A stretch of 64,000 nucleotides of DNA from Eggerthellaceae bacterium (GCA_009782605.1 WRIR01000012.1:183-64182); one strand, 5' to 3'; positions 40,923-50,013 are shown, counted from the first letter of the stretch. A program made the numbers and translations. The notes: generated by a model not told the origin, from the letters alone.

Positions 40923-43910
40923 ATGGAGTTTGTCATAATATCAGGCGGGAACGGCGGTTTTTGGGAAGCACGTCAGGGCATGCTCGGCCGTCCGGCCAAG
41001 ATCGACGGAGAGACGCTGCTACAAAGGACGGCACGGCTTATCGGGGACTGCAACCCTGGAGGCAGTATCACGGTCGTTGCGGAAAACGACCCGGGCGTGC
41101 CGGAGGGCAGCGCCTTTTACCGCCTGCAGCAAGGCAGCCTGGAGATCGACCGCCTCCCCTATGAGCTGATCGAGGACGATACCTGCTTCCTTTTCGGGGA
41201 TGTCTTCTACACGCGTCCGAGCATGCTCAAGCTCATGGCCATCCCGACAAGCGATGTGGCCTTCTTCGGGTCAAAGGAACAGATCCTCGCCATCAAGGTG
41301 CACGATGCAGAGGCAATGAGGGCGCACGTCGACAGCATAAAAGAACGCTACGCCCAAGGAGAGATAGGCAGCTGCGGCGAATGGCAGCTCTATCAGTCGT
41401 TCACGGACCTTCCTTTTGGGGAGGCTGCCATCGCAGAGAACTACTTCCTGCTGTCCGCGGGTACGCGAAGCATCAGCAGCATTGAGGACTACCAGCAGCT
41501 CAGGAAGGCCCACAAGCGCAAAGCCGCCGCAAGGAAGCGCAGGGCGAGGAAGAAGGGGCGCCGAGACACCATCGAGAGAACCAAGAAGTTTTTATGGAAG
41601 GTACTCTCATTCAAGTTAGTTTTAGAAGGCTTCTCTATACCTCAGGCATTAGAATGGACCCACCGGGTCTATAGCGACCTTAGATGGAACAGGAGTGCGT
41701 CGTTGCGTGCTAAGCTGTGGGCTTACCGTCGTGGTTTTTTACCTGCACAGGTAAAAAGACTCGGGGTTTCAAGGATAGAGGCAGGCGGGCTAATCTCAGA
41801 AAGAGACTATCGTTTCATCATGCCTATTAACGGCATTTACAATAAATGGCTCCACAGCTTTTTTTTGAGAAAATATCTGTTTACTCCTTTCTCCGATTAT
41901 TTTGTTGAATGCTATTACCAAATCGGAAATAGAGACGGTCGACGCCAATTCATTCTCCTGCCTGATTGCCCTCAAGGCTATGGCGAAAATGCTCAAGATG
42001 TTTTGCAGCTTATTAAAGACAAGGGTTCTGTTGTAATAAAAAGGCTATCAGGAAAGAGTTATAAGAAAACCTACCATGTAAGCTATATTGAAAACACCTA
42101 CTTTATGGATGCACGAGAAATAACAGCACAAGATTTGGAAGAGTTTATTTCTCGATGCAAATCAGGAATCCTCCGAATTTTCGAACACCTGGAGTCTTCC
42201 TCTGACCACATATTGAATGTACAACTGATTATTATTAATGAATCAGGAAACGACCCTATTATCAGTGATGCTTTTGTCTTATGCAAACAATTCAAAACTG
42301 CTGTAAATTTTGGAAACTTTGAAAAAAAGGATTCTTTAAGGACAACTCAACTGATTAGAGTTGACGCAGAAACAGGGCGATACTCTTATGAGGGAATAGC
42401 AGAAACCGTCCCCTACTACCAAGAGATTAAAGAACAGGTTCGACGGATATGTCTTTTTGCAGTTACCCTTGAATTCATGGGTATAGCAATTACTATCGCT
42501 GATAACAGTTTCAAAATTACCCGCATGACCGCCAAGCCAGAGTATAAGAATTCATATACTTTCAGCGAATCTTCCACTTCTTATCTCTTGTCAAAGCTGG
42601 AAAAAAAGAATGCGAGTAAAAAAGGATTTATAAAAAAATCGAAGCACATTCGTCGCCAAATTGTATTAAGAATCCGAAGAAGATACACGCGAGCTTTCTT
42701 TCCACCGGGAGTCTACCCTTTTGTAGGAGCACGATGGACTTCACTAATCCTCAGTGACTTATGGATAAACAAAGATGCCACACTGAAAGAAAAACTATGG
42801 GCATACAAAAACGGTTTTCTTTCTTATCGAATCAAGCAATACGGCATTACCAAAGAAAACCGATTGAACTATATATCGGATCTTGAATACTATTGGCTGC
42901 GCCACATCAATAAAAAAGTAAGGATTGTTCTTGAAGACAAGATAACACCTCGTTATATTCTCCGTGACTATAAAGAGTGTTTTCCTGCCTATTACTACTA
43001 CGTTGCCCCTAGGCGCGGGGAAAATCGTATTATGCCTATGATAGATTGCCCAAAAGGGTATTCAGGAAAATATAGCGATGTCTTAAGATTAGTTGCCGAA
43101 AAGGGTGTGCTCGCTCTCAAGCCAGCCCAAGGCTCTCATGGTGACGGCTTCTTCAAATTCTCCTATGAGAACAATAAATACTATCTGAACTCTGAAGAAG
43201 TCAATGAAGAACAAGTTGAAGCTCTCTTCAAAGATGTCGATAATAAATATCTTATCACCGAGTATATTCAAATGCATCCTGAGCTGAAAAAAATATACGA
43301 GGGAGCAGTAAATACCCTTCGAATAGTTGTGTTCAAAAAAGACGGGAAAACGCCCGAAATCGGCAATGCATATATGCGCATTGGATCCAGCAAAACCGGG
43401 ACAGTAGACAATATGAGTGCCGGCGGCATGTACGCACAAATTGATACCGACACCGGACGCTACCACAAAGCCAAGAGCATCGAGAACAACCAAATCCTGC
43501 CATGCGAGTATCACCCTGATACGGGAGTAAAAATCGAAGGCTACCTCCCTAATTGGAATCTAACAAAACAGCTGGTTCTCGATATAGCACAAAAAATGCC
43601 ATTTCTTGAATATTTTGGATTTGATGTTGCGATAACCGAAAATGGTATTAAACTTCCTGAAATCAATAGATTCCCCGACTATCCAAAAATTGAAACACTC
43701 TCTGAAAACACCATTGATTATCTCCTCTACAAGCTGGAGCAAAAAAAATTGCGAGTTCACTATAATAAGAAAAGGTCAATAAGGTTGTTCAATTTGCCCA
43801 AAAGACCATTCACAGAGGAAGAACCGGGAACCGACTATTTGTACGAACAAGAACATGAGAATCTCAATGAACTTGAAGAATACCCGGAAGGCCACGAATA
43901 CTCTATATAG
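40923..43910 (+). CDS. tri-module fusion: NTP-transferase-like domain + K/R-rich linker + two tandem sugar-transfer-associated ATP-grasp modules
   Basis: Residues 1-200 parallel ORF 40272. The linker reads KAHKRKAAARKRRARKKGRR. Both modules open with RWNRSASLRAKLWAYRRGF / LWINKDATLKEKLWAYKNGF. Only the second keeps VDNMSAGGMYAQIDTDTG and FGFDVAIT.NGIKLPEIN. Confidence 0.7.
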   Translation: MEFVIISGGNGGFWEARQGMLGRPAKIDGETLLQRTARLIGDCNPGGSITVVAENDPGVPEGSAFYRLQQGSLEIDRLPYELIEDDTCFLFGDVFYTRPSMLKLMAIPTSDVAFFGSKEQILAIKVHDAEAMRAHVDSIKERYAQGEIGSCGEWQLYQSFTDLPFGEAAIAENYFLLSAGTRSISSIEDYQQLRKAHKRKAAARKRRARKKGRRDTIERTKKFLWKVLSFKLVLEGFSIPQALEWTHRVYSDLRWNRSASLRAKLWAYRRGFLPAQVKRLGVSRIEAGGLISERDYRFIMPINGIYNKWLHSFFLRKYLFTPFSDYFVECYYQIGNRDGRRQFILLPDCPQGYGENAQDVLQLIKDKGSVVIKRLSGKSYKKTYHVSYIENTYFMDAREITAQDLEEFISRCKSGILRIFEHLESSSDHILNVQLIIINESGNDPIISDAFVLCKQFKTAVNFGNFEKKDSLRTTQLIRVDAETGRYSYEGIAETVPYYQEIKEQVRRICLFAVTLEFMGIAITIADNSFKITRMTAKPEYKNSYTFSESSTSYLLSKLEKKNASKKGFIKKSKHIRRQIVLRIRRRYTRAFFPPGVYPFVGARWTSLILSDLWINKDATLKEKLWAYKNGFLSYRIKQYGITKENRLNYISDLEYYWLRHINKKVRIVLEDKITPRYILRDYKECFPAYYYYVAPRRGENRIMPMIDCPKGYSGKYSDVLRLVAEKGVLALKPAQGSHGDGFFKFSYENNKYYLNSEEVNEEQVEALFKDVDNKYLITEYIQMHPELKKIYEGAVNTLRIVVFKKDGKTPEIGNAYMRIGSSKTGTVDNMSAGGMYAQIDTDTGRYHKAKSIENNQILPCEYHPDTGVKIEGYLPNWNLTKQLVLDIAQKMPFLEYFGFDVAITENGIKLPEINRFPDYPKIETLSENTIDYLLYKLEQKKLRVHYNKKRSIRLFNLPKRPFTEEEPGTDYLYEQEHENLNELEEYPEGHEYSI

Positions 43911-43924
43911 TACTATGCGTCGAA

Positions 43925-46375
43925 ATGGGGGATTTGAAATTGAAAAAGAGGTTTGGGAAAACTAAAGACTACAAATATATTCTAAGTGGTCGTAACGCAG
44001 AAATCACAGAGTATCTTGGTTCAGAAACGGTAGTAAACATACCGGAAACTTTAAACAACTCTATTGTGGCCGCAATAGGTGAACGAGCTTTTTACAATAA
44101 TGAAAGTGTTACAAAAGTTTTTATACCGGCTTCTGTAAGTGCTTTGAGAAAGGAAGCTTTTTCATGTTGTAAAAATTTAATTAAGATCAATATAGACAAC
44201 GGGCTTTCCACTATTTCCTCTTTTTGTTTTTCGAATTGCAGCGCTTTAGACGCAATTATATTGCCAAAATCAGTTACTACTATTTATCGAGGAGCCTTTC
44301 GTAACTGCGTCGCACTCAAAGAAATTGAAATCCCCGAAGGGATTACTGTTTTAAGCGCAGAGTTGTTTTATGGTTGTGAGCGATTGGAGCAAGTTGGACT
44401 GCCTTATGGACTAGAGCGAATATACTCAGGTGCTTTTCAGAATTGTTCGAAGCTTCATACTTTTTACCACTATGGTAAAAGAAATATCAACTCTATAATG
44501 GTTATTGATAAGAACCTCAAAGAGTATGAATTCCCAACACGAATTACCCATATTGGCAACAGCGCATTTGAAGATTGCATTTCTTTATCCCAAGCAAGAA
44601 TTCCCCATAGAGTCAGCATTATTGGTGAAGGAACTTTCAAGAATTGTAAAGCTTTGACTACTGTTTATACACATAATCTATTGAGAGAAATTAAAAACGA
44701 GGCATTTTATGGTTGTGAAAATTTGAAGGTAATTAAGCTTCCTGTTTTTACTAGAAAAATAGGGCGAAATGCGTTCAATAGCCTCACTTGTATCCATTGT
44801 GAAAAAGCAGCCTTCGCTGCAACTTATGCTTCTCGCAATTATCTATCATGCCGTTATATTGAAGAATCAGCACCGTCTCTTTTCAGTCATATGATTCCCG
44901 CACAAAGCAAACGGGCAAAACTGAATAACCATCCTCTGTTCTATACAGAACAAGACCTTCGAGAATGCCAAGAAAAATTCGAAATGCGTCCCCCTTCCTA
45001 TAAAAAATCAGAAAAATCCTTTCGAACAGCAGAAGCAATAGAATCTTCCCGATTCGACTATGCAAATGGCATGTATACCAACAAAAATAGATCACAAAAA
45101 AGTAGAGCAGTTATTATGATGGCGGGAGGCCTGCTTTGTGGAGCCCGACATCAGGAGACATCTTTTGATAGCGGCAAATATTTTTTTGATACGAACTTCC
45201 TCCTTATAAAGGATCTTTTGAAACAGTCTGACTTTGCCATAGCAACGCTCGAATCCATGGTGTCTCCTTCTGCTCCTCTAACTGCTGAAGTTGAGTATGT
45301 TAACACCGCAAAACATCACAATGCTCCGGAATCATACTTAGGTGCAATTAGAAAAGCTTCGTTCGATGCAGTGATAAACGCCCAAAACCATGCGTACGAT
45401 ACTGGTGTTCAAGGCATTTTTGAAACACTCGATATGCAAAATAGATATCAACTGATGCATACCGGTGTTTTTGCCAGCACAGAGGATAAGCGATACCTTT
45501 TCCTTGAAATAAATGGCATTCGCATAGCTTGCTTGTCTTACCTTGATAGCGCAAAAGGGAGATTAAAGAAAGTGAATTTTAGCAGAATCGGACGAGAAAC
45601 CCTCCTTAATTATCTCAACAGTGACGAAGCAGAAAAAACACAAATAGGTCAAGATGTTGCAAATGCAAAGGCCGAAGGCGCAGAATTTATCATTGCTTTC
45701 TGTCATTGGGGAAAAGAGTATTCCCAGCAATTAACCGAGCGCCAGCTGCTCTTTAGCCAACAGGTCGCAGATGCTGGGGTTGATTACATTTTTGGTTCTC
45801 ATTCGCATTGCGTTCAACCTTACGATGTCATTACAGCAAGTGATGGTCGTCGAGTTCCGGTTTATTATTCGGCAGGAAGCCTAATATCGGATATCAGTGT
45901 GCGGCTTCCTATCACACGAGATGCCCTTATTGGTGAGCTGATATTGAAGAGAGACGAAGACGGACAAGTAACTATTGAACGTGAAGGATATTATCCTTGC
46001 AGAGTCGTGAATCTTGAAGAAGATGAGATAAACTACATGGTTGTTCCTACAGCCATGCAATTTGAAGAACGCACGCTCAGAAACAAACGCTTGGCTGATG
46101 CTGAGGGGCGAATAAAAAGAGCAGTAGGAACCAAGATAAACGAAAGAATCCCCCAGGAGATTCCTTTACTAATTAGCGAGCTAGCAATCCACAAAACCCC
46201 TGAATCCGAATTCGACATTGCAGAGGTAGCAAAACTTTTAGATGTCGAGTTTATAAAGAATAACGCCAACACAAAACTTAGCAACCTCACATACAGGATT
46301 AATAGTATAGACGAACACTCCGTTTTTGTTGGACTTCGCATAAAAGAACAAGAGCTCGATAGCACTAGTTCCTAG
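43925..46375 (+). CDS. BspA-type leucine-rich-repeat (LRR_5) + CapA/PGA_cap metallophosphatase-like fusion protein, no signal peptide
   Basis: The LRR units are of the type IGERAFYN...LRKEAFSCCKNL...ISSFCFSNCSAL...IYRGAFRNCVAL. The CapA blocks are ATLESMV, INAQNHAYD, AFCHWGKEY and FGSHSHCVQP. Confidence 0.75.
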   Translation: MGDLKLKKRFGKTKDYKYILSGRNAEITEYLGSETVVNIPETLNNSIVAAIGERAFYNNESVTKVFIPASVSALRKEAFSCCKNLIKINIDNGLSTISSFCFSNCSALDAIILPKSVTTIYRGAFRNCVALKEIEIPEGITVLSAELFYGCERLEQVGLPYGLERIYSGAFQNCSKLHTFYHYGKRNINSIMVIDKNLKEYEFPTRITHIGNSAFEDCISLSQARIPHRVSIIGEGTFKNCKALTTVYTHNLLREIKNEAFYGCENLKVIKLPVFTRKIGRNAFNSLTCIHCEKAAFAATYASRNYLSCRYIEESAPSLFSHMIPAQSKRAKLNNHPLFYTEQDLRECQEKFEMRPPSYKKSEKSFRTAEAIESSRFDYANGMYTNKNRSQKSRAVIMMAGGLLCGARHQETSFDSGKYFFDTNFLLIKDLLKQSDFAIATLESMVSPSAPLTAEVEYVNTAKHHNAPESYLGAIRKASFDAVINAQNHAYDTGVQGIFETLDMQNRYQLMHTGVFASTEDKRYLFLEINGIRIACLSYLDSAKGRLKKVNFSRIGRETLLNYLNSDEAEKTQIGQDVANAKAEGAEFIIAFCHWGKEYSQQLTERQLLFSQQVADAGVDYIFGSHSHCVQPYDVITASDGRRVPVYYSAGSLISDISVRLPITRDALIGELILKRDEDGQVTIEREGYYPCRVVNLEEDEINYMVVPTAMQFEERTLRNKRLADAEGRIKRAVGTKINERIPQEIPLLISELAIHKTPESEFDIAEVAKLLDVEFIKNNANTKLSNLTYRINSIDEHSVFVGLRIKEQELDSTSS

Positions 46376-46380
46376 AATCA

Positions 46381-46405
46381 AAGTAATCAACACAGCTGAT
46401 TACTT
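46381..46405 (+). terminator. AT-rich 9-bp hairpin between the two LRR-CapA paralogues (weak terminator/processing site candidate)
   Basis: aagtaatca (46381-46389) pairs with tgattactt (46397-46405) across a 7-nt loop. There is no strong T-run. Confidence 0.3.
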
Positions 46406-46458
46406 TAAGAGAGGGCAGTCAAGGAAAACAATTGTGGAACACAAGGGAGCGGCAGAGT

Positions 46459-49400
46459 ATGACCGGAACTAATCATGAAGCCAGGTCAAGAACAGAACAG
46501 GAACTAGGAGATAAGAAATTGGGCGTGGTTAAGGAAACAGAAAACTACAGGTTTACTGTGCTTGGTCACAGTGCAGAGATTCTTGAATATGTTGGTTCGA
46601 AAACATGTGTAGACATACCGGAAATCCTAGGTGACTGCACCGTTACTTCAATAGGCGAACGCGCCTTTTACAACACAGCTATCATCAAGGTAACCACACC
46701 AGACTCAGTAGTAGCGCTGGGAAAGGAAGCTTTTTCGTGCTGTAGAAACCTTGTCGAAATAAACATCAACACGAGCCTTACTACAATATCCTCTTTTTGC
46801 TTTTCAAGTTGTAGTGCCTTAAAAAAAGTGACTCTTCCAGAATCACTTACCACTCTTCATGAAGCAGCCTTCTATAATTGCAGCAATCTTGAAGAAGTTG
46901 AAATTCCGAGAGGAATTGCCGTCTTAAATGCAGAACTTTTTTTTGGCTGCGAAAAACTAAAGCAAATCGGGCTGCCCCATAACTTGAATCGGATATGCTC
47001 CGAAGTCTTTAAAAACTGTTCTAATCTCGAAAACTTTTACTATTGCAGCATACCAACCACCAAGCACATCATGATGAGTGCAAATCAAAAGAAAAGGACA
47101 TACGAGCTTCCTGATCACATCAGCCATATAGGAAAAAACGCATTTGAAAACTGCGCTTCTTTAAGAAAAATAAGAATACCTTATAAAGTAAGCATAATAA
47201 ATGAAGGGGTTTTTAAGAACTGCACAGTTTTAGCAAAAGTTCATGTGCATAGCTCATTAAAAGAGATAAAAAATGAAGCTTTTTATGGCTGTGAAAATTT
47301 GGAGGAGATTAAACTTCCGGGTTTTACAAAAAAAATTGGAGACAATGTATTTAGCCGAAAAACAGAAATTCTCTGCGAGGGAGAAGATTTTGGTGCAATA
47401 TATGCTGCTCAAAATGCTTTGCCATGTCGGTATATTGTGAAAACAACACCACCGCTCTCAAGCCATATGATTCCTTCTCAAAACGAACAGGTCAATCTCA
47501 GTGATTGCACCTCCTTTTATACGGAGGAAGACTTAAGAAAATGTGTAGAGAAATTTGAAATGCGCCCTCCTTCCTATGAGTACATTCAAAGGTCTAATAT
47601 GGCTGTTGAAGAAGAAATAGCTTCTTCTCGATTTGTTTATAAAGAAGGCAAATACATCAATAAAAATCGAACAGCCGAAGGTAGAGCAACAATCATGATG
47701 ACCGGAGATCTGATGGCTCTTCCTAGATATCAAGGGTTTTCGAGCAAAGCCGATCGATACATTTTTGATAGTAGTTTTCATTTTGTTAAGGATATTTTGC
47801 AACAGTCGGACTTTGCGATTGGAAATCTAGAATCTTTAGTAGCTCCCTCTGCGCCCCTGATGATTGAGACTGAATATGTTGATGGTGTCCTCCACCTGAA
47901 CGCTCCGGAATCATATTTAAGAGCTATAAAAGAAGCTTCTTTCGATGCTGTTATTAACGCACAAAACCACATTTATGATGCCGGTGTTCGAGGAATTTTT
48001 GAAACACTTGATATGCAAAATAAGTACCAATTAATGCACACCGGCGCTTTTGTCGGTAATGAGGACAAAAGATATTTAATGCTTGAGATAAATGGAATTA
48101 GAATAGCTTGCGTATCATATTTTGATCTCGCAAGGCAACCAACGAGGAGCGTGAATTTTACAAATATTGGAAAGCAAACTCTTTTTAGTCTTCTAGGTAT
48201 TCAAGAAACAGTATTACAGCAAATTACACAAGACATTGAGGATGCAAAAGCAGAAGGCGCTGAATTTATCATTGCTTTTTGTCACTGGGGAAAAGAATAT
48301 ACAAACGAATTGACAGACCGACAAATTCTCTTCAGTAAAACCATTGCAAAAGCCGGAGCAAACTATATTTTCGGGTCTCACCCACACTGTGTGCAGCCCT
48401 ATGATGTTATTACAACTGATGATGGGAGAAGTGTCCCGGTTTTTTATTCGGCAGGAAATTTTATGTCTGACAGTAGTGCGTGGTCGTCTGTTAGCAGAGA
48501 TACCATTATTGGAGAATTGGTTCTAAGGAAAGATGAAAGCAAGGGCGTATACATTGAAAGTAGCGGGTACTACCCTTGTAAAATAATGAATCTCGAAAAA
48601 GATTCCTTCACCTATACCGTTATTCCAACTGCTATGAAATTCGAAGGGAGCCCAGCCAAAAATAAATATTTATCAGACGCTGAAATAAAAATAGAAAAAA
48701 ATATAGGAGCAAAGATAAAAAAATTAATTCCTCAAGGAATAGTCCTAACGGTAATCAAAAAATCACAGGCAAAAGGCGATAGCGAAGCTTATCACAAGAC
48801 AAAACACTTAAAGACTGGAGATGATAGCCTTGTGTTTACCATCGAAGAGCTTTGTTATCTATTAAAAATAGAATTGCCGAAACAATATCAAGAGAATAGT
48901 AGTTTTTTTGTGACTCAGACATCTTTGTTCAATAGATTGGAAAACAAAGAAAAACTATTGAGAGAAATAAAGGAAACAGAAGATTACTGCTATCATCATT
49001 ATGAAGAAATCAAAGCTAACGCCGCACAGTTTAAGAATCATTACTGTGGCGTAGGGAATACAAGAAAAACTGAAACTGAGTTACTGGAAATGTTTGTTGA
49101 ATGGATTTATATTTTCAGGCCCTTAGGCTTTTATCCCGATGACTATTTTAATTATGAGCTATATGATAAGACGATTACAGAAGCTAATGAATTTATTAGT
49201 GGTGAATACAGAAGGAAAATTGCAAAAGTATGCAGAAATAATTCGTATTTAAAATACTTTCTTAACAAAGTTTTTTTCCTTAAAACTTTCAGCAGATATG
49301 TAAAACGCGACTATTTAGATACGACCTCATGCACCTTGAGCGAATTTAAAGCATTTACCGAAAAAAATCCTCAATTTTTCGGTAAACCAATCCTGGGTTC

Positions 49401-50013
49401 CGGTGGTCACAATTCCGGTATTTTTGAATCGAACGACAATGATATACAACTGCTTCAGAAATGCAAAAAGGAGAAACTGATTGTTGAAGAAATTGTTAGG
49501 CAACACGAAAGTTTGGCTGCATTTAATAAAAGTACCTTAAACACAATAAGAATATATACTTTGCTAACAGCCAATAATGAGGCTATTGTAATGCTCGCCG
49601 GAGCTCGTTTTGGAAGAGCAAGTGCTGTAGTTGACAATTTTCATAGCGGCGGTCTAACGGCTGGTGTTGATATTCTTACGGGCATGGTTGTCACTGACGC
49701 CATAAATAGAGACCATGTTCGATACTCCGTACATCCAGATTCTTTATTGGAATTTCGAGGGTTTCAGGTTCCTTGCTGGAATCAGGCAATAGAGACTGTA
49801 AAAGAATCGGCGAAACAGATGCCCCATGTTAGACATGTAGGATGGGATGTCGCCATAACTAATCAAAATGAAATCGAACTTATCGAAGGAAATTCATTAC
49901 CAAACTTTGATATTACGCAAGCAGTAGATCAGATTGGGAAGAAGTACCTTTATGAAGAACATATTAACGAACTGGAAGCTGTTGCAAAGAAGAAAGACTC
50001 GAAAAGAAAGTAG
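46459..50013 (+). CDS. BspA-type LRR + CapA/PGA_cap + sugar-transfer-associated ATP-grasp triple fusion protein
   Basis: AAGGGAG lies 9 nt before ATG 46459; the track ORF opens with TTG at 46432. The LRR and CapA parts look about 60-70% identical by eye to ORF 43925. The C-terminal ATP-grasp has FFGKPILGSGG, NTIRIYTL, VDNFHSGGLTAGVDILTG and VGWDVAITNQNEIELIEGNS. Confidence 0.75.
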   Translation: MTGTNHEARSRTEQELGDKKLGVVKETENYRFTVLGHSAEILEYVGSKTCVDIPEILGDCTVTSIGERAFYNTAIIKVTTPDSVVALGKEAFSCCRNLVEININTSLTTISSFCFSSCSALKKVTLPESLTTLHEAAFYNCSNLEEVEIPRGIAVLNAELFFGCEKLKQIGLPHNLNRICSEVFKNCSNLENFYYCSIPTTKHIMMSANQKKRTYELPDHISHIGKNAFENCASLRKIRIPYKVSIINEGVFKNCTVLAKVHVHSSLKEIKNEAFYGCENLEEIKLPGFTKKIGDNVFSRKTEILCEGEDFGAIYAAQNALPCRYIVKTTPPLSSHMIPSQNEQVNLSDCTSFYTEEDLRKCVEKFEMRPPSYEYIQRSNMAVEEEIASSRFVYKEGKYINKNRTAEGRATIMMTGDLMALPRYQGFSSKADRYIFDSSFHFVKDILQQSDFAIGNLESLVAPSAPLMIETEYVDGVLHLNAPESYLRAIKEASFDAVINAQNHIYDAGVRGIFETLDMQNKYQLMHTGAFVGNEDKRYLMLEINGIRIACVSYFDLARQPTRSVNFTNIGKQTLFSLLGIQETVLQQITQDIEDAKAEGAEFIIAFCHWGKEYTNELTDRQILFSKTIAKAGANYIFGSHPHCVQPYDVITTDDGRSVPVFYSAGNFMSDSSAWSSVSRDTIIGELVLRKDESKGVYIESSGYYPCKIMNLEKDSFTYTVIPTAMKFEGSPAKNKYLSDAEIKIEKNIGAKIKKLIPQGIVLTVIKKSQAKGDSEAYHKTKHLKTGDDSLVFTIEELCYLLKIELPKQYQENSSFFVTQTSLFNRLENKEKLLREIKETEDYCYHHYEEIKANAAQFKNHYCGVGNTRKTETELLEMFVEWIYIFRPLGFYPDDYFNYELYDKTITEANEFISGEYRRKIAKVCRNNSYLKYFLNKVFFLKTFSRYVKRDYLDTTSCTLSEFKAFTEKNPQFFGKPILGSGGHNSGIFESNDNDIQLLQKCKKEKLIVEEIVRQHESLAAFNKSTLNTIRIYTLLTANNEAIVMLAGARFGRASAVVDNFHSGGLTAGVDILTGMVVTDAINRDHVRYSVHPDSLLEFRGFQVPCWNQAIETVKESAKQMPHVRHVGWDVAITNQNEIELIEGNSLPNFDITQAVDQIGKKYLYEEHINELEAVAKKKDSKRK

